This document shows, in pieces, positions 9,206 to 18,444 of a stretch of DNA of 64,000 nt (its first letter is position 1; every line of letters starts with the position of its first letter). Location: NCBI GenBank assembly GCA_000092065.1, contig CP000588.1; one strand, written 5' to 3'. Position numbers and translations under genes: made by a program. The notes under the pieces are model-generated. The model saw only the letters and a program-made list of their open reading frames with translations. It ran no database searches and was not told the DNA's origin. Source of the stretch: Ostreococcus lucimarinus. Taxonomy: Eukaryota.

Positions 9206-10147
9206 TTACATAGCCTTGATGAGACGTTCGATATCCTTGAACACGTCTTGCTTGGCGCGGTTACCGTCCACGTTCTTCATTATGCTCTCGTACTTGCCGA
9301 CGACGGCGTCGACATTCTTGTGGTGCACAGCCAAGCGGTTGGCCGCCTTCTCTTCGGTGTCGTCACTGCGCTGCGTCAAGCGCGCCGCAATTTCGGGCGT
9401 TGGCGGCGGGAAAAAGGTCATGTGGTAGATGGTACCATCCACCGGATCGAGTCGACGACCGACGACGCGGTCGATTAAAATTTCATCCGGCACGTCGAGC
9501 AACAGGAACAAGTCCGGGTCGATCCCACTTTCGATGAGCGCTTCGGCCTGTTCCTCGCTTCTTGGGTAGCCGTCTAACAGCCAACCCTTGGCGCAGTCGG
9601 GTTGCGCCAAGCGATCCTTCACCATGGTGACGACGACTTCGTTGGGCACGAGGTCGCCTCGGTCCATGTACTCCTTCGCTTTCTTACCGGCGTCGGTACC
9701 GGCCGCGACGGCCGCGCGCAAGAGATCACCGGCGGAGATATGCGTGAGGCCAAACTTCTTGACGATCATCTCGCACTGCGTTCCCTTCCCGCTCGCCGGG
9801 GCACCGGCGATGACGATTCTCTTTTGCTTGGACGCGCCTCCGATCGTGCTCGACTTCGAAGCCTTGATCGCGAGCGCCGCGGCCGCGATCGCCACGGCGG
9901 ATCCGACCGCGATCTGCGCCGACGGTACCGACGGTTTCGCCACCGGCGCCGCCGCCACCTTCTTCGCGCTCACCTGCGCGAGCTCGCGTCGCGGATACAA
10001 CGCCGACGCATCCGCGGCGGTCGACGCCGACGACGCGCGCGCCAAGACGACGCCGCGCGCGTGCGACTTGCCCGCGGCGCGACGACGGAAGGTCGTCGTC
10101 GTCGTCGCGCACGTCGCGTTCGCGTTACAGCTCGTGGACGCTATCAT
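9206..10147 (-). CDS. ADK: Adenylate kinase with an N-terminal organellar targeting extension
   Basis: P-loop IVIAGAPASGKGTQC, plus GDLLR, LLDGYPR and an LID region (GRRLDPVDGTIYH). About 100 aa of S/A-rich presequence precede the kinase core. Confidence 0.9.
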   Translation of the reverse strand: MIASTSCNANATCATTTTTFRRRAAGKSHARGVVLARASSASTAADASALYPRRELAQVSAKKVAAAPVAKPSVPSAQIAVGSAVAIAAAALAIKASKSSTIGGASKQKRIVIAGAPASGKGTQCEMIVKKFGLTHISAGDLLRAAVAAGTDAGKKAKEYMDRGDLVPNEVVVTMVKDRLAQPDCAKGWLLDGYPRSEEQAEALIESGIDPDLFLLLDVPDEILIDRVVGRRLDPVDGTIYHMTFFPPPTPEIAARLTQRSDDTEEKAANRLAVHHKNVDAVVGKYESIMKNVDGNRAKQDVFKDIERLIKAM

Positions 10148-10204
10148 CGTGCACGCGTCGCGGTGCGCGGTATGCGGATGGATACGGACGACGCCGACGA
10201 GGCC

Positions 10205-10206
<2 letters not shown>

Positions 10207-10240
<34 letters not shown>
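10207..10240. repeat. (GAC)n trinucleotide microsatellite in a bidirectional promoter
   Basis: About 11 perfect gac units between the divergent start codons of adenylate kinase (10147, -) and choline kinase (10399, +). Confidence 0.85.
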
Positions 10241-10244
<4 letters not shown>

Positions 10245-10398
10245 ATTCTGGCTTATCCATTCGTTTGACGCATTCGACGGCACGCGAACGCCATGAAATC
10301 TCGCATCGACTCGAAATAAAAAGTAAACCCCAGCGCCCCCCGCCCGACGTTTTTGGCGCCAATTCGAACGTTCGCCCGCCTCGCGCGGGCGGCTAAGA

Positions 10399-11802
10399 AT
10401 GGAACGTCGCCACACGATGACGAGCGCGCGCGCGACGACGACGACGGCGTCGACGGCGGATACGAAGGCGAAGACCGTGGCGTACAACGACGTCGATATG
10501 GTCACCGACCGAAGACACTCGAGCGCGAGCGAAGAAAACTCGGGGGCGAGCACGACAGACTTTCAAGACGAAGACGCGCCGACGTCGAGAAGCGCGACGC
10601 CCGCGCCCGGACGATTGAACGTCGAGCTCGACGTCGATCGCGAACAACGCGATGAGTATCAAGGCGTGAAATCCATCGTGCGAAACACCGTGCGAGGGTG
10701 GGCAAACGTCGAAAACGCGGCGCTCGAGGTGAGCCCGGTGCGAGGCGGGATCACGAACGCGCTGTTCAAGGTTCGTCTGGCGCAAGACGCGGCGCCGACG
10801 ACGACGAAGGATCCGATCGCACGCGCGGTGGTGGTGAGAGTTTTTGGCAAGGGTACCGATCAATTCATCACTCATCGCAAAGTACAAGGCGAGACGTCGC
10901 ACGTTTTGAACGAACACGGGTTCGGGGCAAAAGTGCTCGGCGTTTTTTCAAATGGGTTGGTTGAAGAGTTCATCGAAGCCGAGAGTGTGGCTCCGGAGGA
11001 GTTGGCGAACGGAGGGATTTTGCTTCGACGAGTCGCGGCGCAGATGCGACGCTTGCACAAGGAAGTGGCGCCGGATTTAGTGCCTCGCGCCGCGGCTGGC
11101 GAGACCATCGCGCGCGCCCGAGCCAACGCTATCTGGGACACGCTTCAGTTGTGGTTCGACTTGGCGTACGGTGTTGCCAATGATCCGACCATTTTCAAGA
11201 ATGACGCGCGCAAAGAGTCGATTTTGGCATCGTTGAAGATCGATTCGGAATCGCGTCAAATGCTGTTCGAAGTCATTCGCGCGAGGTGCGAAGCCGTGAA
11301 CAGTCAGACAGTGTACTGTCACAACGACATTCACGCCGGTAACTTTTTGCTGAACAGAAAGACGGACAACCTGACGCTCATCGATTACGAGTACGCCGAC
11401 TACGGTCCCCGTGCGTTTGACATGGCCAATCTGTTTTGCGAATTCGCCGGGTTCGAGTGCAACTACGATCAGTTTCCGACGTGCGAACTTCGCCGCGAGT
11501 TTTACTCGGCGTACTTGCACACCACGGTCGATGCGGAGATTGACGCGCTCGAAGCGGAAGTCGCGGCGTGGACGCCCGTGACGCACGCATTCTGGGCGCT
11601 CTGGGCGGTGATTCAAGCCAAGTATAGCGCCATCGATTTTGACTTTTTGGGTTTCGCCGCGATGCGCATGAAGGTGTTTTACGCCTCTGCTCTCGCGCCG
11701 AGTGAGTGGGTGCCGACGAACGCCGCGCTCGGTGGACAGCACGGCACGCCGGAGAAGAGTGTGGGTTGGAATGCCACGGCTGAGGGAAACGTCGTGCTTT
11801 GA
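10399..11802 (+). CDS. Choline/ethanolamine kinase
   Basis: Brenner motif CHNDIHAGNFLL and the choline-kinase motif IDYEYADYGPRAFDMANLFCEFAG. The N-terminal ATP-binding region is GGITNALFKV. Confidence 0.85.
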   Translation: MERRHTMTSARATTTTASTADTKAKTVAYNDVDMVTDRRHSSASEENSGASTTDFQDEDAPTSRSATPAPGRLNVELDVDREQRDEYQGVKSIVRNTVRGWANVENAALEVSPVRGGITNALFKVRLAQDAAPTTTKDPIARAVVVRVFGKGTDQFITHRKVQGETSHVLNEHGFGAKVLGVFSNGLVEEFIEAESVAPEELANGGILLRRVAAQMRRLHKEVAPDLVPRAAAGETIARARANAIWDTLQLWFDLAYGVANDPTIFKNDARKESILASLKIDSESRQMLFEVIRARCEAVNSQTVYCHNDIHAGNFLLNRKTDNLTLIDYEYADYGPRAFDMANLFCEFAGFECNYDQFPTCELRREFYSAYLHTTVDAEIDALEAEVAAWTPVTHAFWALWAVIQAKYSAIDFDFLGFAAMRMKVFYASALAPSEWVPTNAALGGQHGTPEKSVGWNATAEGNVVL

Positions 11803-12112
11803 GATAGTTGTTTTTATTGTAACTACGCGTAATTCTGATATCGAGCGCCCGACAAGCAAGCGGCGTGTTGACGTCTGCCCACGTCGGACCCACCATGTGA
11901 TGCTGGTCGAGGTGGACGCGAGCGCGTGGTGCGGCAAGCGACACAAGACCGCACGAAAAGGTCATCAAACGTCGCAGTGTGCGGGGGCGCGATTCGCTCG
12001 CGCGTGCGCTCGCACGCTCTCTCTCGCGCGCGCGCACGCGCGGCTTCTCGGTGCGTCGAAAGCGAAAGTCGGTTCATCTTTCACAGCGCTCGTACGCGGG
12101 AAGGACGACGCG

Positions 12113-14014
12113 ATGGCGACGAGAGAGGACTCGAGCGAGTCGGAAGCGATGAAAGCGACGCGCGCGATGATGAAGACGATGTACGAATGCAAGCTCGGAT
12201 CTCCACCGATCGTCGCGCGGACGGCGTCGAGGGAGGAGGCGTCGAGGGAGACGCGCGCCTACGCCGCGCGAGCGTTAGAGTTGGAGCGCGCGGGAAGCTT
12301 CGAGTCGTGTGAACTCGAAGGAAAGTGTAATCGGGTGGAATTAGTTTGGAAGTACGTACAGGCACATCGAGAACCGTTCGTCGCGGGGGCGATCGCAGAA
12401 GACGAACGAGACACGAGACGCGACTTCGACGCCATCTTGCTTGACTTGAGCGCGGCTTTCGAGCGATCTCGTGGAAGCGATGGCGCGACGTCGCCGAAGC
12501 GATGGTGTCCGCCGAGCACGTTCGAGCGTCGCACAGTGAAGTATTGGGTGGACCCTCGCGACGCCATTCCAGTGCAGCTCGCGATTTTAAAACATCTACC
12601 GATTCTCGAGTTCAGCGGCGGCGAAGACGCTGAACCACGCGCTGAAGATGACGAAGACCAAGACCGCTCGCTCATAACTTCGGTATATCTCGACAATCCA
12701 CAATTTGACGTTTATCGCACGAGGCTCGCTCGCGAACAAGGCGCCACTCTCGCTCGATGTCGATGGTACGGAGGGTCGGCGCGCTCGGACGACGTCTTCA
12801 TCGAGCGAAAGACACATCATGAATCCTGGTCGGCGCAAAAGAGCGTGAAAGAGCGTTGCAGCATGCGAAGGGAAGACGCTGTGGTACTTTTGCAGGGGAC
12901 ACCGCCGAAAGCGTTGTCGATGTCGAAAAAGAACTTGACTTTGGCGCGCGAAGTACTCGCGCAAGAAATCAAGCGACGCGGCGTGAAACCGACGCTCCTG
13001 ACGCAGTACCGACGCACGGCGTTCCAGAGGTCCGATGGTAATCAACTTCGAGTATCGTTCGATACGGATTTACGCTGGCGCGATGTTCGCGGCGAAGGGT
13101 CTGGGGTGCTCTCGAACGCAGCTTTCAAAGGTGGCGAGCCGGCGGCGTTTCGATTCGCCATTCTCGAAGTCAAATTAGCGACGGAGGACGCGAAGTCGCC
13201 GGAATGGATCGAAAATATCATCTCTTCCTTCAACGTGACGCATGTATACAAGTTCAGTAAGTTTCTACACGGATGCGCGATGTTGTTTTACCCGAACGAG
13301 GCGTTACCGAAGCTACCTCATTGGTATGGCGCAGACGCGAACGAATGCGTCGTCGACGTGCCGATCGAGTCGTCGCGTGGCGACGCCGAACGCCCGCTCG
13401 ATCACGACGGCACGGTTCACGATATCGAGCGCACGGAGTCTGCGAGCTCGTTTACCGAACTCATGCGCGCCGCGGTCGCGACGCTCCGATTTCGTAGGAA
13501 TGAACAAAAGCGAGTCAATCGTTTGGGCGTCGGCGACGCGGACGTCGAGCAGGCGCCGGCGATGAGATTTACTCAAAGGCACGTGCCGGTGAAAGTGGAA
13601 CCGAAAACGTTTTTCGCCAACGAGCGCACGCTCTTGCAATGGCTTTCGATGTCCATCCTCTTACTCTTTCTCGCTCTCGGGTTGCTGGCAATCGAATCCA
13701 GTGGCTCGAACGCGATTCCGTTCGGTGGCTCAAACGCGCGAGCGTCCGCGACGACGCTGGGTAGCCCTTTCGCGGGAGCGATTTGCGGAATCATCATCGC
13801 GCCAATTTCGATCCTATTCATGTTATATGCGCTTTGGACGTACATCGTTCGCGCGAGGCGAATCGCCAGGCGTGAGGCGAGCACGCGGTACGACGACGTC
13901 TTCGGCCCCGTGGCGCTCGTGGTGATTCTCGTCCTCGTCGCCGTGAGCGCCGTGGCGCTATCCGTAGCGTCGATCGATTGGCAAAGTGTGCGCTACGCGC
14001 GCGCGGTGTCTTAG
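12113..14014 (+). CDS. VTC4: VTC4-like vacuolar transporter chaperone (polyphosphate polymerase) with a degenerate or truncated SPX region
   Basis: RRTVKYWVDPRDAIPVQLAILKHLPILEF matches the start of the yeast Vtc4 catalytic tunnel domain ([28 protein letters not shown]). VYLDNPQFDVYRTRL follows, and the C-terminal DUF202 membrane domain is present (FFANERTLLQWL plus 3 TM helices). No canonical MKFG SPX N-terminus was found. The start at 12113 is the first ATG clear of the upstream gene. Confidence 0.75.
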   Translation: MATREDSSESEAMKATRAMMKTMYECKLGSPPIVARTASREEASRETRAYAARALELERAGSFESCELEGKCNRVELVWKYVQAHREPFVAGAIAEDERDTRRDFDAILLDLSAAFERSRGSDGATSPKRWCPPSTFERRTVKYWVDPRDAIPVQLAILKHLPILEFSGGEDAEPRAEDDEDQDRSLITSVYLDNPQFDVYRTRLAREQGATLARCRWYGGSARSDDVFIERKTHHESWSAQKSVKERCSMRREDAVVLLQGTPPKALSMSKKNLTLAREVLAQEIKRRGVKPTLLTQYRRTAFQRSDGNQLRVSFDTDLRWRDVRGEGSGVLSNAAFKGGEPAAFRFAILEVKLATEDAKSPEWIENIISSFNVTHVYKFSKFLHGCAMLFYPNEALPKLPHWYGADANECVVDVPIESSRGDAERPLDHDGTVHDIERTESASSFTELMRAAVATLRFRRNEQKRVNRLGVGDADVEQAPAMRFTQRHVPVKVEPKTFFANERTLLQWLSMSILLLFLALGLLAIESSGSNAIPFGGSNARASATTLGSPFAGAICGIIIAPISILFMLYALWTYIVRARRIARREASTRYDDVFGPVALVVILVLVAVSAVALSVASIDWQSVRYARAVS

Positions 14015-14066
14015 GCGACACTATCGCGACAGCTTTAAAAAATGTCTTTGTTTTTACATCAAATAA

Positions 14067-15131
14067 TTACACATCCGCCGTCGTACGAGTCGATTGCGTC
14101 GACATTTCGTCGTTTTCCTTCTTCTTCTTTGCAATCTCACGCATAGCTGGAAGCGCGCCCGGCGGCGTGCCTTTCTTCCCGATGTTATATACGCACGCGT
14201 ACGGTGCGATGAGAGCGCTTGGATCGATCGCAGCGCACGCGCGACGAATCACGTCCTCAGCCGCGCTCACGAGCGCTTCGTCTTGGCCCACCGGCCCGAG
14301 GCTCACGCGAGCGACGTGCGTAAACCTGTGATCGACTTCGTTCGCCTTGGAGCTCTTGACGACTTCGAAAAGCGAAGCGTCTTGAAACGCACCCGCGCCG
14401 ACGATGGCTTGCGCGCTCGTGATGCCGAAGGTGGTCGCCCAATCATTCGCGTCGACGCCGCCCGCGTTCGCCTTGACGCCGACGAAGATGACGACGTTCG
14501 ACTCGTCGAAACCAAACACCGGCACCACCGCGTCCGAGCCTTCCGCCGCCTCGATCATTTCTCGTCGTTTCGCGCGCGTTCTCGCGAACGCCGACGCCCC
14601 GTCCGCGTCGCTCGGCGCGTACGCCGCGATTTCTCTGCACGCCAGCGCGTGTTCGGTTTGGTTCAGATGCCCCATCTCCACCGCGTCGACGAAATCCGAA
14701 AACGCCGCAAACATGTCCTCCGGCGCCACGTCGTCGAACAGCGCGCAATTGAAGCAAGCGTTGGGTTCTCGAGCGTCTATTCTCTCCTCCCCGTTCCCGA
14801 GCGCGTAGTGAAAGTGCGCGCTCACAAAGTTTGGATGAAACCTCGCCACCTCGACGACGTGCAGCGCGCCCTCCAGGAACGTCCCAAAGATTGGTATCGG
14901 CGCCTCCAGCGTGTCGTACACGTGAAACAGCACGGTGCCGTCGTACACGCGCCGCGCGCTCGCCCCATCGTCGCGTCGCCGCGTCGCCGTCTCGAGCGGC
15001 GCTTCGTTCACGGCGCGACGTCGCCCCGTCGCCGCGCGTCGCGCCCCGAATCGCACACCCTGGCGAACGCGCGTCGTCGTCGTCGCGCGCGCGCGCGCGT
15101 CGCCGGCGCGCGTCGCCATCGCCGTCGTCAT
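14067..15131 (-). CDS. Conserved hypothetical protein (unassigned fold)
   Basis: Only the C-terminal 355 aa of a 562-aa ORF look protein-like (FHVYDTLEAPIPIFGTFLEG...VIFVGVKANAGG...). The upstream part is Arg/Pro low-complexity and translates the minisatellite. The start at M 15131 is inferred and no family is assigned. Confidence 0.4.
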   Translation of the reverse strand: MTTAMATRAGDARARATTTTRVRQGVRFGARRAATGRRRAVNEAPLETATRRRDDGASARRVYDGTVLFHVYDTLEAPIPIFGTFLEGALHVVEVARFHPNFVSAHFHYALGNGEERIDAREPNACFNCALFDDVAPEDMFAAFSDFVDAVEMGHLNQTEHALACREIAAYAPSDADGASAFARTRAKRREMIEAAEGSDAVVPVFGFDESNVVIFVGVKANAGGVDANDWATTFGITSAQAIVGAGAFQDASLFEVVKSSKANEVDHRFTHVARVSLGPVGQDEALVSAAEDVIRRACAAIDPSALIAPYACVYNIGKKGTPPGALPAMREIAKKKKENDEMSTQSTRTTADV

Positions 15132-15235
15132 CGTCGTCGCGGTGCGCGCGGTCGTATCGCGCGGCGCGACGTGCGGATTCCCGTTCGCGGCGCGACGGAT
15201 CGAATCGAATCGAATCGAGATAACGCGACGTCGGC

Positions 15236-15345
15236 GCGGACATTCGGGGACATTCGGGGACATTCGGACATTCGGACATTCGGACATTCGGGGACGATCG
15301 GACATTCGGGGACGATCGGACATTCGGGGACGATCGGACATTCGG
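15236..15345. repeat. Compound minisatellite (cattcgggga / cattcgga / 18-mer cattcggggacgatcgga x3) in a bidirectional promoter
   Basis: Direct tandem units are visible. The array lies between divergent genes starting at 15131 (-) and 15404 (+). Confidence 0.85.
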
Positions 15346-15403
15346 CACGCGCGCGCGACCCGCGTCGCGCGCGCGTCGCGATTCATTCGACGACGGGCCG
15401 ACG

Positions 15404-17389
15404 ATGACGACGCGCGCGCGAACGACGACGCGCGCGCCTCGACGACGCGTCGCCGTCGCGCGCGTCGTCGTCGCGCTCGCGCTGTGCGCCGTCGCGCGCG
15501 CCGCGACGAGCGCGCACGCGACGGGGGTGTTGGTGGAGGACGACGGACGCGCGGGCGCGCGACGCGCCGACGTCGAGGTGCGCGCGCGAAATCGCGAGAC
15601 GGACACCGAGGACGCGATGGCGACGACGACGTCGAGCGAAGCGAACGACGAAGACGCGCGGACGGAGGAGGAGGGCGACGAGGACGAGGACGCGGTGGAG
15701 ACGGTGGACGACGAGGACGCGGTGGAGACGGTGGACGACGAAGCGACGACGACAAAGACGACGGCGAAGACGACGACGACGATGCCGACGGTGGAGGATG
15801 TTAACGCAGAAGATGCGGATGATTCCATCACCGAAGGCGCCGGGGCGGAGGAAGTGCGCTCGGCGGACGCGGCGTTCGAGTCCGAAGCCGCGCCGACGCG
15901 AAGCGTCGGCGCGGAGAAACAGCCGAAACCGTCCGCGGTTGCGCGCGCGGGCGCTGATGAAGCGGATGAAGCCGATGGAGAAGAGATCGAAGGGGGCGAA
16001 GGCGAGGCGAAGGAAGACGAGGAGGAAGAGCTTTCGGAAGAGGAGGCGTTGGCCATCATCGAAAAGGAGATGAAGGATCGCTTGAAGGCGCTGTACGGCG
16101 AACCGACTGAAAAGCAAAAGAAATGGGTATCAAAGGTGAAAGAAGTTCACAACCTCGAAGGCGCGGCGAGCTTTACCGAGGATGACACCACGTGTGGCTC
16201 CACGGGCGGGCTCGCGGTTTTTACGATTTGGCATCACGTGCACGAGTTGGCTCGCGATGCCATCGCGACGTTCGTCGGCGCCAAGGCGGAAGAGTCCAAC
16301 TCTCCGCACTCTCTCTTGTCTCTTCGCGCCAAGGCTTTGAAACTCGTCGCGGCGTACGATTTTGAGTTCAAGGGTACGGGTAAAGCGCGCAATGAATGCA
16401 TTGCAAACTATTTCACTCGACAAAAGGTGCACGAAGTGGTCACGGTTCTGGAGCGACAAAAGGAAGAGAAGCACGCGTACGCGCACAAGACGTTTGATCA
16501 CACGATCCACGAGGACGACACGGAAGACGACTCGGCCGAAGCGATCGAAATGCGCGAACGTCGCATCGGTAGAGTGGCGTACGAGCTCAAGAAGACCATC
16601 ATCGGTCAACTCGACGCTGTCGAAGACGAAGCTGGCGGCGGCAAAGATGAAGCCGACGAACAAGCCGGCGGCACCACGCTCGTGCTCGCGTTGAACTGCC
16701 GAGCGCAACATCAGCATCGACTGGTCGCGGCCATCATGCACGCCGTTCGCGCGCGATTCGGTCTCGGTGTCGCTGATTTCACTCTCGTCGTGGGTAAGAA
16801 AGCCGTGAACGACGAACTCACGACGTTGATTGGCGAATCCTACGATTCGCTCATGAGCAAGCGAACCGACTCGTCCGCGTCTACCGACGCCGTGAAGTCG
16901 CGCGTGGCGGTGTGCCCGGACTTGCCCGGTATCGCTTTTTCAGAAAAAGAAGAACAACCCGAGCGTGAACTCACCGCCATGGAGAAAGCCATGCGCGAAG
17001 CCGAGGATCACGTCATGCGAGAACACCAAGCCACCGGCGACCCGACGAACCCGCAGCACATGAACGCCGGTGGCGACCTCGGCATGCAGGCGCTCCCGGG
17101 GATGCCCAACATTTTCGACAGTAAGAATGCGGGGCATACATCAGATGGCAGTGCTCGCAAGGAGGCTCGAGCGCACTTCGGGCTCAGCGACCGTCAAATT
17201 GGCTCGCACGACACCCGCCATCTCGGCGGCGGCGCGTCGGCGGCGTCTCGCCAACCGTCGCGCCAGCCGCAGACGCGCCAGCGAACTCAAGGCGGTTTCA
17301 ACGCGTTACCGAAAATGAACGATCCTTTGGATTCATATTTAAACGGTCCGACCGGGCCGAGCAAGTACGCCAAGCGCCAGAACGAGTAG
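15404..17389 (+). CDS. Secreted acidic protein of unknown function (signal peptide, D/E-rich)
   Basis: N-terminal signal peptide MTTRARTTTRAPRRRVAVARVVVALALCAVARA, long acidic low-complexity segments and a central non-repetitive domain. No recognizable family. Confidence 0.45.
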   Translation: MTTRARTTTRAPRRRVAVARVVVALALCAVARAATSAHATGVLVEDDGRAGARRADVEVRARNRETDTEDAMATTTSSEANDEDARTEEEGDEDEDAVETVDDEDAVETVDDEATTTKTTAKTTTTMPTVEDVNAEDADDSITEGAGAEEVRSADAAFESEAAPTRSVGAEKQPKPSAVARAGADEADEADGEEIEGGEGEAKEDEEEELSEEEALAIIEKEMKDRLKALYGEPTEKQKKWVSKVKEVHNLEGAASFTEDDTTCGSTGGLAVFTIWHHVHELARDAIATFVGAKAEESNSPHSLLSLRAKALKLVAAYDFEFKGTGKARNECIANYFTRQKVHEVVTVLERQKEEKHAYAHKTFDHTIHEDDTEDDSAEAIEMRERRIGRVAYELKKTIIGQLDAVEDEAGGGKDEADEQAGGTTLVLALNCRAQHQHRLVAAIMHAVRARFGLGVADFTLVVGKKAVNDELTTLIGESYDSLMSKRTDSSASTDAVKSRVAVCPDLPGIAFSEKEEQPERELTAMEKAMREAEDHVMREHQATGDPTNPQHMNAGGDLGMQALPGMPNIFDSKNAGHTSDGSARKEARAHFGLSDRQIGSHDTRHLGGGASAASRQPSRQPQTRQRTQGGFNALPKMNDPLDSYLNGPTGPSKYAKRQNE

Positions 17390-17469
17390 ACGATGGTAAC
17401 TCTTGTAACTCCCAAACTTGTACAGCTCCAGTCGCGCCTCCGAGCGTCACATCGCGAACGGCGCGTGCC

Positions 17470-18408
17470 ATGCGCGCCGTCCGTTCGAACGCGTTCACCG
17501 CTCGCGCGAACGCGCGAACGCCTCGATCGACGCGCGCGGCGCGCCGTCACGCGGCGTCGGCGTCCTCATCCGCAGCTCCGTCGTCGTCGTGCCGAACGCG
17601 CGTCGAGTTTGGTGACGACGTCAACGTCGATACTGCGTCTTTATCGTCGCGTCGACGCGCGTTGGGCGCGTTTGCGTGCGCGTCGCTGAGCGTCGCGATC
17701 TCACTCACGTCGACGTCGACCGAATTCGCCGCGCGCGCCGACGACGAGGACGAAGAACTCGCCGAGCTCGAGGCGAACATGAAGCGCGTGATGGAGACGA
17801 ATAGCGGCGAGCAGACGTTTGTGCGACAGATTGGTTTACGCTCGAGCGATAAGGCGAAGGGTGTTCGAGCGTGCACGTTTGAAGTGAGTAGTTTGTGGCG
17901 CGTCGACGGTGCGCGCGTGGTAGACGCGATGACGACGGAGTGGGGAACGATCGTGGACCCGGTGAACGGGGAGGCGGTGCAAGGCGCTCGAGCGTTCGCG
18001 ACGCCAGACTTTGGGGTGAAGTCGATCGATGATTTAGGGAAGCCGGAGAACGTGGCGGTGGCCAAGGTTTTGGGACTAGATGGGGAAGATTCGTACCGTC
18101 GAGCCGACATGCTCGGCGCGGCGAAGCGCGTCGACGCGAGCACGGGACAAGTATATTACGATTGGGAACTCGTGGCGTCGCCGCCGGCGAAGTCGTGTCC
18201 GAGCGCCGTTGGGTGCTTGTACCCGGAACATATTTATCTCATCTCCGCCTCCGTGCTCGATGGTGTGCTTTACGTGCTTAGCTTGGATGCGACGCCCGCG
18301 CAGTGGCGCGTGACTGGGAACTCGGTCAAACGCATTCGCAACTCGTTCACCGTCGGCGTGGCGGACGAAGCGCCGACGTCGCAAATCGTCGACGCGGCGA
18401 CGGCGTGA
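17470..18408 (+). CDS. PsbP-domain protein (PPD/PsbP-like) with a transit peptide and twin-arginine (Tat) thylakoid-lumen signal
   Basis: S/A-rich presequence followed by the Tat motif SRRRALGAFACASLSVAI...ARA. The mature part has a PsbP-like layout (QVYYDWELVASPP...HIYLISASVLDGVLYVLSLDATPAQW). Confidence 0.65.
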   Translation: MRAVRSNAFTARANARTPRSTRAARRHAASASSSAAPSSSCRTRVEFGDDVNVDTASLSSRRRALGAFACASLSVAISLTSTSTEFAARADDEDEELAELEANMKRVMETNSGEQTFVRQIGLRSSDKAKGVRACTFEVSSLWRVDGARVVDAMTTEWGTIVDPVNGEAVQGARAFATPDFGVKSIDDLGKPENVAVAKVLGLDGEDSYRRADMLGAAKRVDASTGQVYYDWELVASPPAKSCPSAVGCLYPEHIYLISASVLDGVLYVLSLDATPAQWRVTGNSVKRIRNSFTVGVADEAPTSQIVDAATA

Positions 18409-18444
18409 GTTTTTCGATTTTTTACATGTTCGTCCTAGCATCTG

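Noticed and set aside
15236-15345. Possible CRISPR-like array (regular short repeats)
   Set aside because: The units are directly adjacent tandem repeats with no unique spacers. The genome is eukaryotic (introns, histone H3, telomere), so this is a minisatellite.
14443-16059. 538-aa ORF on the - strand (Ala/Ser/Arg-rich), and many similar long ORFs, e.g. 19217-20044, 31889-32881, 38692-39777, 40532-42109, 41229-42233 and 9588-10396
   Set aside because: Their translations are low-complexity and Arg/Pro/Ala/Ser-dominated. They overlap or lie antisense to well-supported genes. They follow from about 68% GC sequence having few stop codons. No domain-like segments were seen.
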